Under the pieces are notes generated by a model. The model searched no databases, had not been told where the DNA came from, and saw nothing but the letters and a program-made list of their open reading frames with translations. A DNA stretch of 61,735 nucleotides, filler included, from Actinomycetota bacterium (GTDB lineage Bacteria; Actinomycetota; Acidimicrobiia; Spongiisociales; UBA4744), in assembly GCA_013152275.1 (NCBI GenBank). It is 7 parts of 7 records of this genome, joined end to end, with 100 filler letters (N's around TTAATTAATTAA, not from the genome) between each part and the next. Parts side by side here need not be neighbours in the genome. Positions count along the whole stretch, not along the records: positions 28,941 to 34,443 come from JAADGS010000060.1; positions 34,544 to 40,038 come from JAADGS010000024.1; positions 40,139 to 45,574 come from JAADGS010000022.1; 4 more parts are not named here. One strand, given 5' to 3'. Within the stretch, counting starts at the first letter, position 1, and every line of letters starts with the position of its first letter. Both the position numbers and the translations under genes were made by a program. Below, one piece after another: positions 32,159-42,026 of this stretch.

Positions 32159-33757
32159 TCAGGCCAACGCCACCAGCTCCAGCATCGACTCGTCGAAGAA
32201 CGCGGTGTCACCGTCGGGCATGAGCATCACCCGGTCGGGTTCGAGGCGGGCCACGAAGCTGGTGTCGTGGCTCACGAGGATGATCGTCCCTTCGTAGCGC
32301 TGCAGCGCGGCCAGCAACGCGTCCTTGGCCTGGGGGTCGAGGTTGTTGGTCGGCTCGTCGAGCAGCAGCACGTTCGCTCCGGCCATGACGAGTTGTGCCA
32401 ACGCGAGTTTCGTTTTCTCCCCTCCAGACAGGGTGCCTGCGTCCTGATCGATCTTGTCCGCGAGGAGGAAGTGGCCGAGCACGGTGCGCAGCACCTTGTC
32501 GGGCTGATCCGATACCTTGCGGAGATGGTCGAGGACCTTCACACCGGCTTCGATCTGTTCGTGCTCCTGTGCGTAGTAGCCGACACTGGCCCGGTATCCG
32601 GGGGTCACCTCCCCAAGGTCGGCATGTTCGACGCCGGCGAGGATGCGCAGCAGGGTCGTCTTGCCGGCACCGTTGAGGCCCATGATCAGCAGCCGCTCCC
32701 CCCGATTCGTGTCGACGTCGACATCGACGAAGACGAGGTTGTCGCCGTAGGCCTTGGTCAGGCCCGATCCGGTGAGCGGGGTTCTCCCCGACGGGACGGG
32801 CTGGGGGAAGCGGACCGCCACGTTCTTGCCTCTGGCCCGGACTTCGACGAGGTCCCGTTTGATCCGGTCGACCCGGGTCTCCATCGACTTGGCGACTTTC
32901 GCCATCTTCTCGGTGGTGCCTTTGAAACGGCGGATGTTCTCTTCGAGCCTGGCGATCTTGCGCTCCTGCTGCTTGCGCTCCTTGATCCGCTGGGCTCGGC
33001 GGCGCTCCTGCTCGACCAGGAAACTCGAGTAGTTCCCCCGGTACGGTTCCAGTATCCCGGCTTCGAGCGAAAGCACCGACGTGATCGCCTCGTCGAGCAG
33101 TGGCAGGTCGTGGCTGACGACCATGAGCGCTCCCCGATAGGAGGCGAGGTAATCCATCAGCCAGGCTTTCGCGTCGAGGTCGAGGTGGTTGGTCGGCTCG
33201 TCCAGGAGCATGACATCGGTCTCGGCGAACAGGATGCGAGCAAGTTCGACTCTCCGCCGCTGCCCGCCGGACATCGATGCCACCTGTTGGGTGAGATCGT
33301 CGTTGCCGATCCCGACGGCCGCTGCGGTTTGTTTCGCCTCGGCTTCGACGACGTAGCCGCCTGCGGCGTCGAACTGGTCTTGAAGACGCGCGAAATTGCG
33401 GATGGCACGGTCTCGACGCTCCCCGTCGAGGCGCGCGACCTTGCGGCGCGCCTCTTCGATCCGCCGCAGGAGGACACCGACGCCCCTGGCGGCGAGCACC
33501 CGCTCGAGGGCGGTCATGTCGGGACGTTCGAGGTCGGGAAGGGAGGCCTCCTGGGAGAAGTAACCGAGGTTGCCGGAACGCAACACCGACCCACTCTTCG
33601 GAGCCTCGTACCCGACGAGGGTCCGAAGCAGTGTCGTCTTGCCGGCCCCGTTGCGGCCGACGAGCCCGACCTTGTCGCCCGGGTGCAGCGTGAAGGAGGC
33701 GTCGTGCAGCAGCGTGCGGTCGCCGACTTCGATGTGGAGATCTCTCACGATGAGCAT
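32159..33757 (-). CDS. ABC-F family ATP-binding protein
   Basis: Two ABC domains (GRNGAGKTT/MSGGQ/LLDEPTNHLD and GLNGAGKTT/LSGGE/LLDEPTNNLD); no TM segment. Confidence 0.95.
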   Translation of the reverse strand: MLIVRDLHIEVGDRTLLHDASFTLHPGDKVGLVGRNGAGKTTLLRTLVGYEAPKSGSVLRSGNLGYFSQEASLPDLERPDMTALERVLAARGVGVLLRRIEEARRKVARLDGERRDRAIRNFARLQDQFDAAGGYVVEAEAKQTAAAVGIGNDDLTQQVASMSGGQRRRVELARILFAETDVMLLDEPTNHLDLDAKAWLMDYLASYRGALMVVSHDLPLLDEAITSVLSLEAGILEPYRGNYSSFLVEQERRRAQRIKERKQQERKIARLEENIRRFKGTTEKMAKVAKSMETRVDRIKRDLVEVRARGKNVAVRFPQPVPSGRTPLTGSGLTKAYGDNLVFVDVDVDTNRGERLLIMGLNGAGKTTLLRILAGVEHADLGEVTPGYRASVGYYAQEHEQIEAGVKVLDHLRKVSDQPDKVLRTVLGHFLLADKIDQDAGTLSGGEKTKLALAQLVMAGANVLLLDEPTNNLDPQAKDALLAALQRYEGTIILVSHDTSFVARLEPDRVMLMPDGDTAFFDESMLELVALA

Positions 33758-33856
33758 GAATCCTGCAGGCTACCCGACACCGACCCCTCTCTGGTCGATG
33801 CGAGCGTCGGATGGCGACGCCCGCATTGATCAGGAATATGGATACCATCTCTGCTC

Positions 33857-34240
33857 ATGAAACTCGCTATCGCCTCCAGCAACGGTGCCACCATCCAACG
33901 CCACTTCGGCCGGACCAAGGACTATGTCGTCGTGACCGTCGAAGACGGCCGCGACGTCGCCCGTGAAGTCCGCCCCGTCGAGTCACCGGCACAACTCGTC
34001 GAGGTCGGCGGTCACGGGCCCGGCCAGTTCGAATCCCGCATGCGGACCATGATCGCGTCCGTGAAGGACTGTGACGTCCTCGTCGCCGGCGGGATGGGCT
34101 ATCCGATGGTCGATGCCATCGAGCAGGCCGGCCTCGACGTGATCTTGACCAACGAGCGCCTCGTCGACGACATCGTCGCCTCCTACCTGGCGGGCACGCT
34201 CGAACACGAGCCCGAGCTGGCCCACGAGCCCTGCCACTGA
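33857..34240 (+). CDS. NifB/NifX family (FeMo-cofactor-binding-like) protein
   Basis: MKLAIAS..G..I..HFG, DCDVLVAGGMG. Confidence 0.85.
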   Translation: MKLAIASSNGATIQRHFGRTKDYVVVTVEDGRDVAREVRPVESPAQLVEVGGHGPGQFESRMRTMIASVKDCDVLVAGGMGYPMVDAIEQAGLDVILTNERLVDDIVASYLAGTLEHEPELAHEPCH

Positions 34241-34544
34241 CGATCTCCTCGGTGCGCGAGCCCGGCTTCGCCGGGGATACGTTCCTGACGGGAGGCTCTT
34301 CTCCCCCTTGGCGCCATGCGTCGGCTTGACGGCCTCCTTCCCGGTTGAGGCGGTGACTGGCTCGTTGGCCTGACGAGACGTCCACGGGGAAGGTCCTACA
34401 CGTTGCCGCGAAGGATTGCTCTCGGCCGATACGTTGGTAGCTTNNNNNNNNNNNNNNNNNNNNNNNNNNNNNNNNNNNNNNNNNNNNTTAATTAATTAAN
34501 NNNNNNNNNNNNNNNNNNNNNNNNNNNNNNNNNNNNNNNNNNNC

Positions 34545-35510
34545 ATGCGAAACGATCCGACCCAGCGGGCGCTGCAACTCCTCTCCCTGCTGCAGACCCA
34601 CCGGCTGTGGCGCGGTGCCGAACTCGCCGAGCGCCTGGAGGTCACCGAGCGAACGATTCGCCGTGACGTCGACCGACTGCGCGACCTGGGCTACCCGGTC
34701 GACGCCACGCCTGGCCGCGACGGCGGATACCGACTCGCGGCCGGAGCGCACCTGCCGCCACTCGTGCTCGACGACGACGAAGCCGTGGCCGTAGCAGTCG
34801 GATTACGCGCGGCCGCGGGTGCAGCGATCGGCGGCATCGAGGACACGTCGGTGCGGGCACTCGCCAAGATCGAACAGCTGCTTCCCGACCGCCTACGACG
34901 TCGCGTCTCCGCGCTCCACGCCAGCGTCGTGTCGCTGCGATGGCCGCACGGCGACGACGGGGTCGTCGACCCCGACGCACTCAGCGTGCTCGCCTCGGCG
35001 TGTCGGGACCACGAAGAAGTCCGCTTCGACTATCAGCGCCGCGACGGCGACGGCAGCCGTCGTTTGGTCGAACCGCACCAGTTGGTCACGGCCGGCCGCC
35101 GCTGGTACCTCGTCGCATGGGATCTTCGTCGCACCGATTGGCGCACGTTCCGCCTCGACCGGCTCAGCAGCGCGCAACTGGCGGGCGTGCGTTTCGCTCC
35201 GCGCAACATCCCCGGCGGCGACGGTGCCGCGTTCGTCGCGGCGTCGATCGCCTCGATACCTCGCGAACTCGAGACGCTTGTGGCCGTGAGCACCCCCTAC
35301 GAACAGGTCGCTGAGGCATTGTCATGGGTCGACCACACGCCCGTCGACACCGGAGCCGACTCGTGCACGATTCGACTCCGATCCGACAAACTCGATTCCC
35401 TCGTCATGGCGGTGGTCCGACTGGCGCTTGGTGCGTCGGTTCGAGTCGTCGAACCCCGCGCGGTTGCCGACGAAGTGGACGCGCTGATCGGTCGCCTCAA
35501 CCAGCGGTGA
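34545..35510 (+). CDS. HTH-WYL transcriptional regulator (YafY/PafB-like)
   Basis: ELAERLEVTERTIRRDVDRLRDLGYPV; RRLVEP..LV...RWYLVAWD; WRTFRLDR. Confidence 0.93.
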   Translation: MRNDPTQRALQLLSLLQTHRLWRGAELAERLEVTERTIRRDVDRLRDLGYPVDATPGRDGGYRLAAGAHLPPLVLDDDEAVAVAVGLRAAAGAAIGGIEDTSVRALAKIEQLLPDRLRRRVSALHASVVSLRWPHGDDGVVDPDALSVLASACRDHEEVRFDYQRRDGDGSRRLVEPHQLVTAGRRWYLVAWDLRRTDWRTFRLDRLSSAQLAGVRFAPRNIPGGDGAAFVAASIASIPRELETLVAVSTPYEQVAEALSWVDHTPVDTGADSCTIRLRSDKLDSLVMAVVRLALGASVRVVEPRAVADEVDALIGRLNQR

Positions 35511-35619
35511 TGCGAGGCAATCGTGGCGTGGCATGACGTGCCGACCAGATCGTCGCAGCTCGACGACGGAGCAGGTCCGCGACGCGTTGGCAGTGATTCG
35601 TGAGGCCGGGCTACGCCAT

Positions 35620-35852
35620 GACGGCGCCGAGCAGTCTGGTAGCTCGTCGGGCGCATAACCCGAAGGTCGCGGTTTGATTGCTGCGTCCGCGGCCCAGTGA
35701 GACGGGTCTCTTCGCTGGTTTCGAGTCCGTTCCGGCCTTGAAACCGCTACTCGCTTCGGGTCCGAAAATGTCGCGTATCTGGTGTGGAGTCTGTGACGAG
35801 TTCGGTGGGCTGTTGTGTGACTGTTTTGGGTAGAGATCCCGCCCCCGCTACG
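35620..35852 (+). pseudogene. Degenerate initiator tRNA-Met(CAT) split in the T-stem by a ~160-bp insert
   Basis: GAGCAGTCTGGTAGCTC-G-TCGGG-CG-CAT-AA-CCCGA-AGGTC-GCGG, then the insert, then ATCCCGCCCCCGCTAC at 35836; 5' acceptor strand and U33 are mutated. Confidence 0.75.
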
Positions 35853-35855
35853 AAG

Positions 35856-35891
35856 AAAACCCTTGGGACACCTACATTCCCGAGGGTTTTT
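35856..35891 (+). terminator. Hairpin after the tRNA 3' end
   Basis: AAAACCCTTGGGA...TCCCGAGGGTTTT followed by more T. Confidence 0.55.
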
Positions 35892-35947
35892 TCGCATTGG
35901 GAGTACATGTTCACGGCGTTTGGTCTGCATCCGGCCCGCACTAGACA

Positions 35948-36776
35948 CTAAAGCGGTGCTAGGCCGTCGCCCCAGCGCGGGCGGGCGAATACGGCGTCGA
36001 GGGCATCTGACACCTTTGATCGATCCTCGGGATACAGATGTCCGTACCGGTCCGTTGTGATCATGATGGATTTGTGTCCGAGGTGCTCCTGTACGACTTC
36101 AGCTTGGCAGTCTTGAGCTACGGATTGATGCCGCTGTGTGCCGCAGATCATGGATACGCAAAGCAGGATCGAGTTCCACTCGAAGGATGGCTGCTTTCCA
36201 GACTCTTCTGCGAAAGTTGGGCCAGTCGATCGGTCCGCCGACTGTTGACGTGAATACGAGAGCATCGGGTTCTGGTGGAACGGCTGCGCTGAGGTGGTCG
36301 CCGAACATCTCGAATAGGGAGTTGGGCAGGGCCACGGTTCGAGTCTCATAGTTCTTCGTCGATGTGAAGACCTTTCGACCGTGGACGTCAGTGGCGGAAT
36401 CGGGGATGACGAGTTCGTGCAGCGGAGGATTCACTCGTTCCCTTCGCAGTGCGGTTGCCTCGCCTTCCCGGATGCCTGTGTAGGCAAGTGTCCAGATAAT
36501 TGTCTGGTGTTCCTTGGGAATCTCGTTGGCAAGACGTTCGACTCCGACGGGGGAGAGGAACAGCATCGGGTTGCGCATTCGTCTTGGCAGCGAGATGCCT
36601 TCAGCTGGGTTGGCTTGGATCATCTGGCTACGAACGGCTGCACCGAGAGTGCTCGATATGAGGCTGTGTGCCTGATGGATGCGAGATGCCGAGAGACCCT
36701 CATCGTGCATCGCCAATATCCATTGCTCGATTTGGATCGCCCTGATATCTCGGAGGCGGGCCGACCAGAGCCGCAA
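35948..36776 (-). pseudogene. Tyrosine integrase, frameshifted and N-terminally truncated
   Basis: LAYTGIREGE and RIHDLRHTAAS in ORF 36099-36776; VQEHLGHKSIMITTDRYGHL in a different frame; points toward the tRNA 3' end. Confidence 0.88.
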
Positions 36777-36963
36777 CCGAACCCACCCACAGACTCATCG
36801 CAACGCCCCGTGAATGATCGGGGGTAGCTGTGTTCTTCGGGGGCGTCATCCTTGATGATGGCGATGGCACCCCAGCCCCTCAATCACCACGCCGCGGTGA
36901 GTCGTTCTGCTACTGTGTTTCGCAGTCAGTACAGCCGATGTGGGAGACGATGTGGGAGACATT

Positions 36964-37425
36964 GTGACAACAACCTCAAGAAGCGGACAGCGAATTGCTT
37001 TGATACTCGCCTTGTTGACTGTTGTGTCAATGTTGGTGGTGGCGAACGCCCCCGCGGCGTCTGCGGGTACCGCGAGCTGTCCGTTCGACTCGAAGGCCGT
37101 GAAGGTGTACAACAGCTATTCGCCGGAATCTGGTCGGATGTGGGGAGCGACCGACTCGCGAGGTACCGAATGTAGTGGATATGTGGGCATCTATCTCTGG
37201 ACAAAGGCGCTGGCATGGTCCGGCGGTTGCCTCAATTTTTCTGGCAAGCGTATACACCACGGCACAGATGACGACGGGTATGTGTCCAGGGTTGCGTACA
37301 GGGATATGAGCTATTTCTATCTTGGTGGCGGGTCGTACGCGGGCTGCACAGCGCATGAGTACGGACGCTCAGGCTCCTTTCCCGCCGGTACGGGTCACAA
37401 TCTCCACGGATTGCCAACAAATTGA
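36964..37425 (+). CDS. Small secreted Gly/Tyr-rich protein with four Cys
   Basis: Signal peptide ending APAASA; GGAGA RBS before GTG. Confidence 0.72.
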   Translation: MTTTSRSGQRIALILALLTVVSMLVVANAPAASAGTASCPFDSKAVKVYNSYSPESGRMWGATDSRGTECSGYVGIYLWTKALAWSGGCLNFSGKRIHHGTDDDGYVSRVAYRDMSYFYLGGGSYAGCTAHEYGRSGSFPAGTGHNLHGLPTN

Positions 37426-37479
37426 GAACCGCAGACCGGGCGTCGAAGTTCGCTTGATGCGGAAAGTGGCGGCATTCGC

Positions 37480-38499
37480 TTGACGCGGATAGTGGCGGCA
37501 CTCGCCGCATTCGTATTCGTAGTAGCTGCGTGCACCAATCCGACGGTTGCGGATGTTTCACCATCCGACTCAGCAGACGGTCTACGGATATTTGACTTCA
37601 TCCCTGGTGTCGAAGAGTTCGGCTCTGGGGAACAAATAGCTATTGAGAACGCTCGCGAACAGGCACAGCAGCAGGCGATTTCGGATTGCATGGCCGAACA
37701 GGGATTCGTGTACATTCCTGTGGTCCAAGTACTTCGTGACGACGATGCTACCAACTTGGAAGCCGAACGTGAATACGCTGCCCAGTATGGATTTGGCATC
37801 TCGACAGCAGTTCTCGCCGACCTACAGCGAAACGGCTCCATCGGTCAAGGCGATGAAAACGATTTGTCCGGCGAACACGATCCGAATGATGAGATTGTAC
37901 AGGCCATGGGAGAGTCGGAGCGCAACAGATACGAGGCCACCCTGTACGGCCCAGAACTCGACATCGACTTTAGCAACATGACCCAGGATGAGATAGACGC
38001 AGCCGTGGACGCTTTTGAGTTTTCCGGCTGCGAGTACGACGCCTTCAGCGTTGAGACCGTGCTTTCGCGCTTCAACAGCAAGTTCGGCGGAGCGATGGAT
38101 GATGCCACTAAGGGCCTAGAGTTCGACCCTCGAATCGTCTCCGCACGGGAACAATGGCCTGCATGTATGGCGGAAGGCGGCTATGAGTTCCAGAGCCAAA
38201 CTGCTGTCACTACCTACATCTTCAGTCTTCTTGAGAGCACCGGCGCGGTCTCTGACATCCAACTTGTCGAAGGTGGCTCTGCTTTCGAAATCGGCGAGGT
38301 TGTGAGCGATCCTCAGGGTGAGTATGCGGCTGCGGTCGCAGAGGTCGCTGCCGCGGAAGTCGCAGTGGCTATCGTCGTGTTCGGATGCAACGAGAGAGTC
38401 CAAACCGTACGACAGCAGGTGTACGTCGAGGCCGAGCAAGCGTTTGTTGTTGAGAACCTGAAGGACCTGGAACGGTTCCGGTTGGACAATGAGCGATAG
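37480..38499 (+). CDS. Acidic lipoprotein with repeated CMAExG(F/Y) motifs
   Basis: Lipobox VAAC; SDCMAEQGF and PACMAEGGY, each followed later by another Cys. Confidence 0.8.
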   Translation: MTRIVAALAAFVFVVAACTNPTVADVSPSDSADGLRIFDFIPGVEEFGSGEQIAIENAREQAQQQAISDCMAEQGFVYIPVVQVLRDDDATNLEAEREYAAQYGFGISTAVLADLQRNGSIGQGDENDLSGEHDPNDEIVQAMGESERNRYEATLYGPELDIDFSNMTQDEIDAAVDAFEFSGCEYDAFSVETVLSRFNSKFGGAMDDATKGLEFDPRIVSAREQWPACMAEGGYEFQSQTAVTTYIFSLLESTGAVSDIQLVEGGSAFEIGEVVSDPQGEYAAAVAEVAAAEVAVAIVVFGCNERVQTVRQQVYVEAEQAFVVENLKDLERFRLDNER

Positions 38500-38739
38500 T
38501 AGTGCATCGACGTATTTCAATCAGCCAGGTTGTTACTGCATGTTCTAGCGTCTTCGATAGTGTGAAGCCCACGATGCCGTCAGTACTTGGTTGCAGACAC
38601 GGATGGAGCAGTGGGGGTCGTCTCTTGGTTCTTTGCCTCTATCGTGTCAACTTTGATATCCAGCGCCAAAGGTACCGCCCAGACGCTGCAAGCTACTAGT
38701 CCCGATTCGTCACCGGGGTTGGGTGGTTGAGGTGTCGAG

Positions 38740-39300
38740 GTGCGCGAAAACGCCCTCCTGGTAAGGAATACTGAGGTTGTGAAGATATTGGTTTCCAAAA
38801 CAGAAGGGCATCTCCGAGACGAACCTAACAGTACACACAACGTGACCGTGGAATCGGGTGGAACTCGGGTGGTGGGTCATATCGGGTTGCATGCTTTGGG
38901 CATGTGTGCTGACCACCTCGGGGTCGGTGAGACGCTCTCACGAGAAGTGGGTTGGGCCGATCCCGGGGTACAGGTCAATGACTGGGGGTAGGTGTTGACC
39001 GCATTTCAAGAAAGGGTTTGGGTTCCATCCGTTGTCCTGGTTTGATGATTCAACCGGTGGAGTCCTCGCCACGCATCTCCGTGCGGGGAAAGCCAAAGCA
39101 AACGACGTTGCTGACCTGCTGAGCGTTCTCGATGACGGTGTCTCCCAGGCTCCCCACACAGGTTCGAGCCGGTCAACTACACGGGCGATGATCCTGCACT
39201 GGTGCAACGCCAGGGTGTGGTGCGTTCCGATTCTGCGGGTGGTCCGCGAGACAACACGAAACGGTGCGAATGTGTACGAAACAGTGGCAGGTTGAAACCC
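38740..39300 (+). mobile_element. IS1380-family transposase remnant with stops, frameshifts and a deletion
   Basis: VVGHIGLHALG..ADHLGVGETLS; KKGFGFHPL..FDDSTGGVLA..LRAGKAKAN; VRSDSAG. Confidence 0.7.
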
Positions 39301-39357
39301 TTGGTATGTCCGGCATTTCACCACGAAGACCGTGTATGGCTGAATCGCCAGAACAGC

Positions 39358-39565
39358 CTCATAGCTCGAGGGTTGCGGTTTGATTGCTGCGTCCGCGGTC
39401 CAGTGAGACGGGTCTCTTCGTTCCTGTCGAGTCCCTATCGGGCCTCGATGTCTCTACCTCGTTCTGTTGTGTCTTTTGATGGCCGTGTCTGTTTTGGAAT
39501 TCGTCGACAGGTTCGGCGCTCACTCGGGTGGCCGTTCTAGGTTCAAGTCCCGCCCCCGCTACGAA
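39358..39565 (+). repeat. Second split tRNA-Met fragment (att-like repeat) with a related ~160-bp insert
   Basis: CTCATAGCTCGAGGGTTGCGG; 39375-39420 matches 35669-35714 at 45/46; ends GGTTCAAGTCCCGCCCCCGCTAC. Confidence 0.85.
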
Positions 39566-39639
39566 ATCAAGGGCCCGGGAACTATATGTTTCCGAGCTTT
39601 TGTATTTCTTCGCTCGGGTGTTGGTCGTCGGCCTCCTTG

Positions 39640-39766
39640 TTACGAGTTGTCTTCTTGGACCCAGGTCTGGAAGGCCTTGACGTCAGTTGGGGTGAGCGCC
39701 TGGAGGGGGACGTCTCCGATGCCTGGAGTGATGTACCGCCGGGTGCGTACCTCGTAGTCGTGCCAT
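39640..39766 (-). pseudogene. Integrase N-terminal (SAM-like) domain fragment
   Basis: DYEVRTRRYITPGIGDVPLQALTPTDVKAF; same position relative to the tRNA 3' end as the first integrase. Confidence 0.55.
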
Positions 39767-39922
39767 CCCGCGCTGATCGTGTGCGCGGCAGCGTTGGTCC
39801 GATCGTGGTTGCGTAGATCCGAGATGCCCGCAGTGTGATTCCCAACCCCCAACATAGGTTTGCGCCAGCGGGCATCTCGGCCCGGCACCAATCGAAGGTC
39901 AGCCAGCCGGTCCTCGCTGAGC

Positions 39923-40038
39923 TCAGGCGACATCCTGGCGGGCTGGTGGTGGTGTCTGTTTCTTGAAGAGTCCGGCGGCGATGGTGTAGCCGAAGAGCGT
40001 CCCGAATCCCATCTGGGTGAGGAGTCCCAGCAGGTCGG
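39923..40038 (-). CDS. 3' end of a membrane protein gene (partial)
   Basis: DLLGLLTQMGFGTLFGYTIAAGLFKKQ...stop. Confidence 0.4.
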
Positions 40039-40139
40039 NNNNNNNNNNNNNNNNNNNNNNNNNNNNNNNNNNNNNNNNNNNNTTAATTAATTAANNNNNN
40101 NNNNNNNNNNNNNNNNNNNNNNNNNNNNNNNNNNNNNNG

Positions 40140-40208
40140 GCGACGGTGATCATCGCGTCGCACGACCGGGACGTGATCGGCGCGTGCGATCAGGTGGTGG
40201 CGCTGTGA
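40140..40208 (+). CDS. ABC transporter ATPase 3' end (partial)
   Basis: ATVIIASHDRDVIGACDQVVAL*; paralogous to 56538-57128. Confidence 0.8.
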   Translation, partial: ATVIIASHDRDVIGACDQVVAL

Positions 40209-41305
40209 GACGCCTCGCGGGTCTCGTCGCAGAAGCGATCCGGATGGCGGTCGCGCGGCCCGTCTCGTCGGCGATCACCGGACTGATCGTCGCCGGGGTG
40301 TGCGGCGTGATCCTTTCCACGACCGGCCAGTCCGTACAGGCCGAACGACAGGTCCTCGGCCGTATCGACGACGCCGGCACCCGCAGCGTTGTGGTCACCG
40401 ACACGAACGGGTCCGCAGGGATCCGTCCCGACGCCATCGGTCGGATCGGGCGGCTGTCGGGTGTGGAGTGGGTTGTCGGGTTCGGATCTGCGGCCGATGT
40501 GCACGCCGCAGGGATCCCTGGCGGGAACCCGGCTGCGGTGCGTGCCGTCTACGGGGCTCTCCCGCCGGAAGTCGACACCTCAGCCTGGGATGGGACACCT
40601 GGCACGGTCCTGGTCGGACCCGACGCGCAGACCACACTCGGCCTCGACATTCCCGCCGGCGGTGTGGCGACCCGAGACGGGACCGACTATGCGGTCGTCG
40701 GCTGGTTCGACGCCGCCGACCCATTGGGGTTCTTGAACCGGTCCCTGCTCGCCGCCCCCGACCCAGATGCTGTCGACCCGACCCTGCGCACCATCGAGAT
40801 CCTCGTCGACCGTCCCGAAGACGTCGCTGCGGTCGCTGACGCCATCTACGGCCTCCTCGATGCCCAAGACCCCACCTCGGTCGGTATCCAAACCTCGGAG
40901 ACGCTCGCCCAGATCCGCAAAGCCGTCCAAGGTGAACTCGGCCGATACTCGAGACGGCTCGTCACCCTCATCCTCGCCGTCGGATTGATACTGGTCGGAC
41001 TAAACGTCTACGGGACGGTCACCACCGCACGACGCGACTACGGACGCCGCCGCGCCCTCGGCGCGTCCCGACCCGACATCATCACCCTCGTCACCATCCA
41101 AACCGTCACCATCGCCATCGGTGGCACCCTCGCCGGCTCCATCGCCGGCGGCGCAATCATCTGGCAGCTCACCGCAACCGCACCCGACGCCGGGTTTACT
41201 GTCGCTATCGCCATCCTCGCCACCCTCACCGCCGGGATTGCAGCCATCCCGCCCGCGATGGTCGCCGCATGGCGCGACCCCGTCTCCATCCTCCGAGTCC
41301 CCTAA
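40205..41305 (+). CDS. FtsX/MacB-like ABC permease
   Basis: N-terminal TM, extracellular domain, RRDYGRRRALGAS, three C-terminal TMs, AAWRDPVSILRVP. Confidence 0.9.
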   Translation: MRRLAGLVAEAIRMAVARPVSSAITGLIVAGVCGVILSTTGQSVQAERQVLGRIDDAGTRSVVVTDTNGSAGIRPDAIGRIGRLSGVEWVVGFGSAADVHAAGIPGGNPAAVRAVYGALPPEVDTSAWDGTPGTVLVGPDAQTTLGLDIPAGGVATRDGTDYAVVGWFDAADPLGFLNRSLLAAPDPDAVDPTLRTIEILVDRPEDVAAVADAIYGLLDAQDPTSVGIQTSETLAQIRKAVQGELGRYSRRLVTLILAVGLILVGLNVYGTVTTARRDYGRRRALGASRPDIITLVTIQTVTIAIGGTLAGSIAGGAIIWQLTATAPDAGFTVAIAILATLTAGIAAIPPAMVAAWRDPVSILRVP

Positions 41306-42026
41306 CCAGGACGATTCCCGTCGTTTACACGTGACGCTCCGCCGGATCCGGACACAAACCCATCGTGGTGACGATCTTGCCCGGTCCCGTCGGGTCCGTC
41401 GGCTTGTGAACCGAGTGTCGAGATTGGACAAAGAAGAGGGCGCTAGACCGCAGAAAGGACGTGAACGAAGGGCCGTCTACACGACAAGGAGAGCCGCAAC
41501 ATTGGCACTACCAGGAACCCAACATTCATCATGCACCGAATCCGATGCCGTATCTGTACTCAACGACGATGTGGCAGTCGGGAAGGTCTTCCGTGTGGTC
41601 CACCGCACTGGGAGACAATATCCTCAATGACTCTGGGTTCGACTACTCCGGCAGCTGCGTTCCCAGTAAACACAGGCGTTTCCGAGGTTGCGGTGAGACT
41701 TTCACGAAAGGGTCCAACCTGGGGTTTTTCAGGCGAGATTCCGGCTCACCTCCAGCCTAAGGACCCGGCTACCTCCACGTTATCCACAGGCAACTGAGGG
41801 GCGACGCCAACCGACGCCGTGGACTCCGGATCAAACTCCTTCGAATTCGAAAACCCAGGATCTCTGTTGCAGCAGATCGCCAGAGGTTGAGATTGACGGA
41901 CAACGTCATGAAGCGGAATCTGGTCGGCCGTCTCGTCAAGTTTGACCTGCCCTTTCCAGTTCTCCTTCAGGATTCTCTCAAGCTTCCTGAGGACGAGAGC
42001 GACCAAACGGTGTTGGCTGAGCCGAT

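Noticed and set aside
32066..33848. Long overlapping ORFs (587 aa plus, 546 aa minus) and similar ones over lipA, tkt and pepA
   Set aside because: High-GC shadow frames of well-supported genes; no motifs.
33857..34240. NifX-like gene as evidence of nitrogen fixation
   Set aside because: Stand-alone family members are widespread, and there are no nif genes in the window.
34545..35510. WYL regulator as controller of the defence-like cluster
   Set aside because: It is a generic YafY-type protein and lies on a different contig from the kinase/HIRAN genes.
35620..35696. Functional tRNA-Met gene
   Set aside because: Acceptor stem does not pair, U33 is G, and the T-loop is non-canonical.
35673..35835. 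Group I or II intron in tRNA-Met
   Set aside because: About 160 nt, no GUGYG start or recognisable catalytic core, and the host tRNA is itself degenerate. Kept only as an unexplained insert.
36936..36960. Tandem 12-mer CGATGTGGGAGA x2
   Set aside because: Simple duplication covering the RBS; no further evidence of function.
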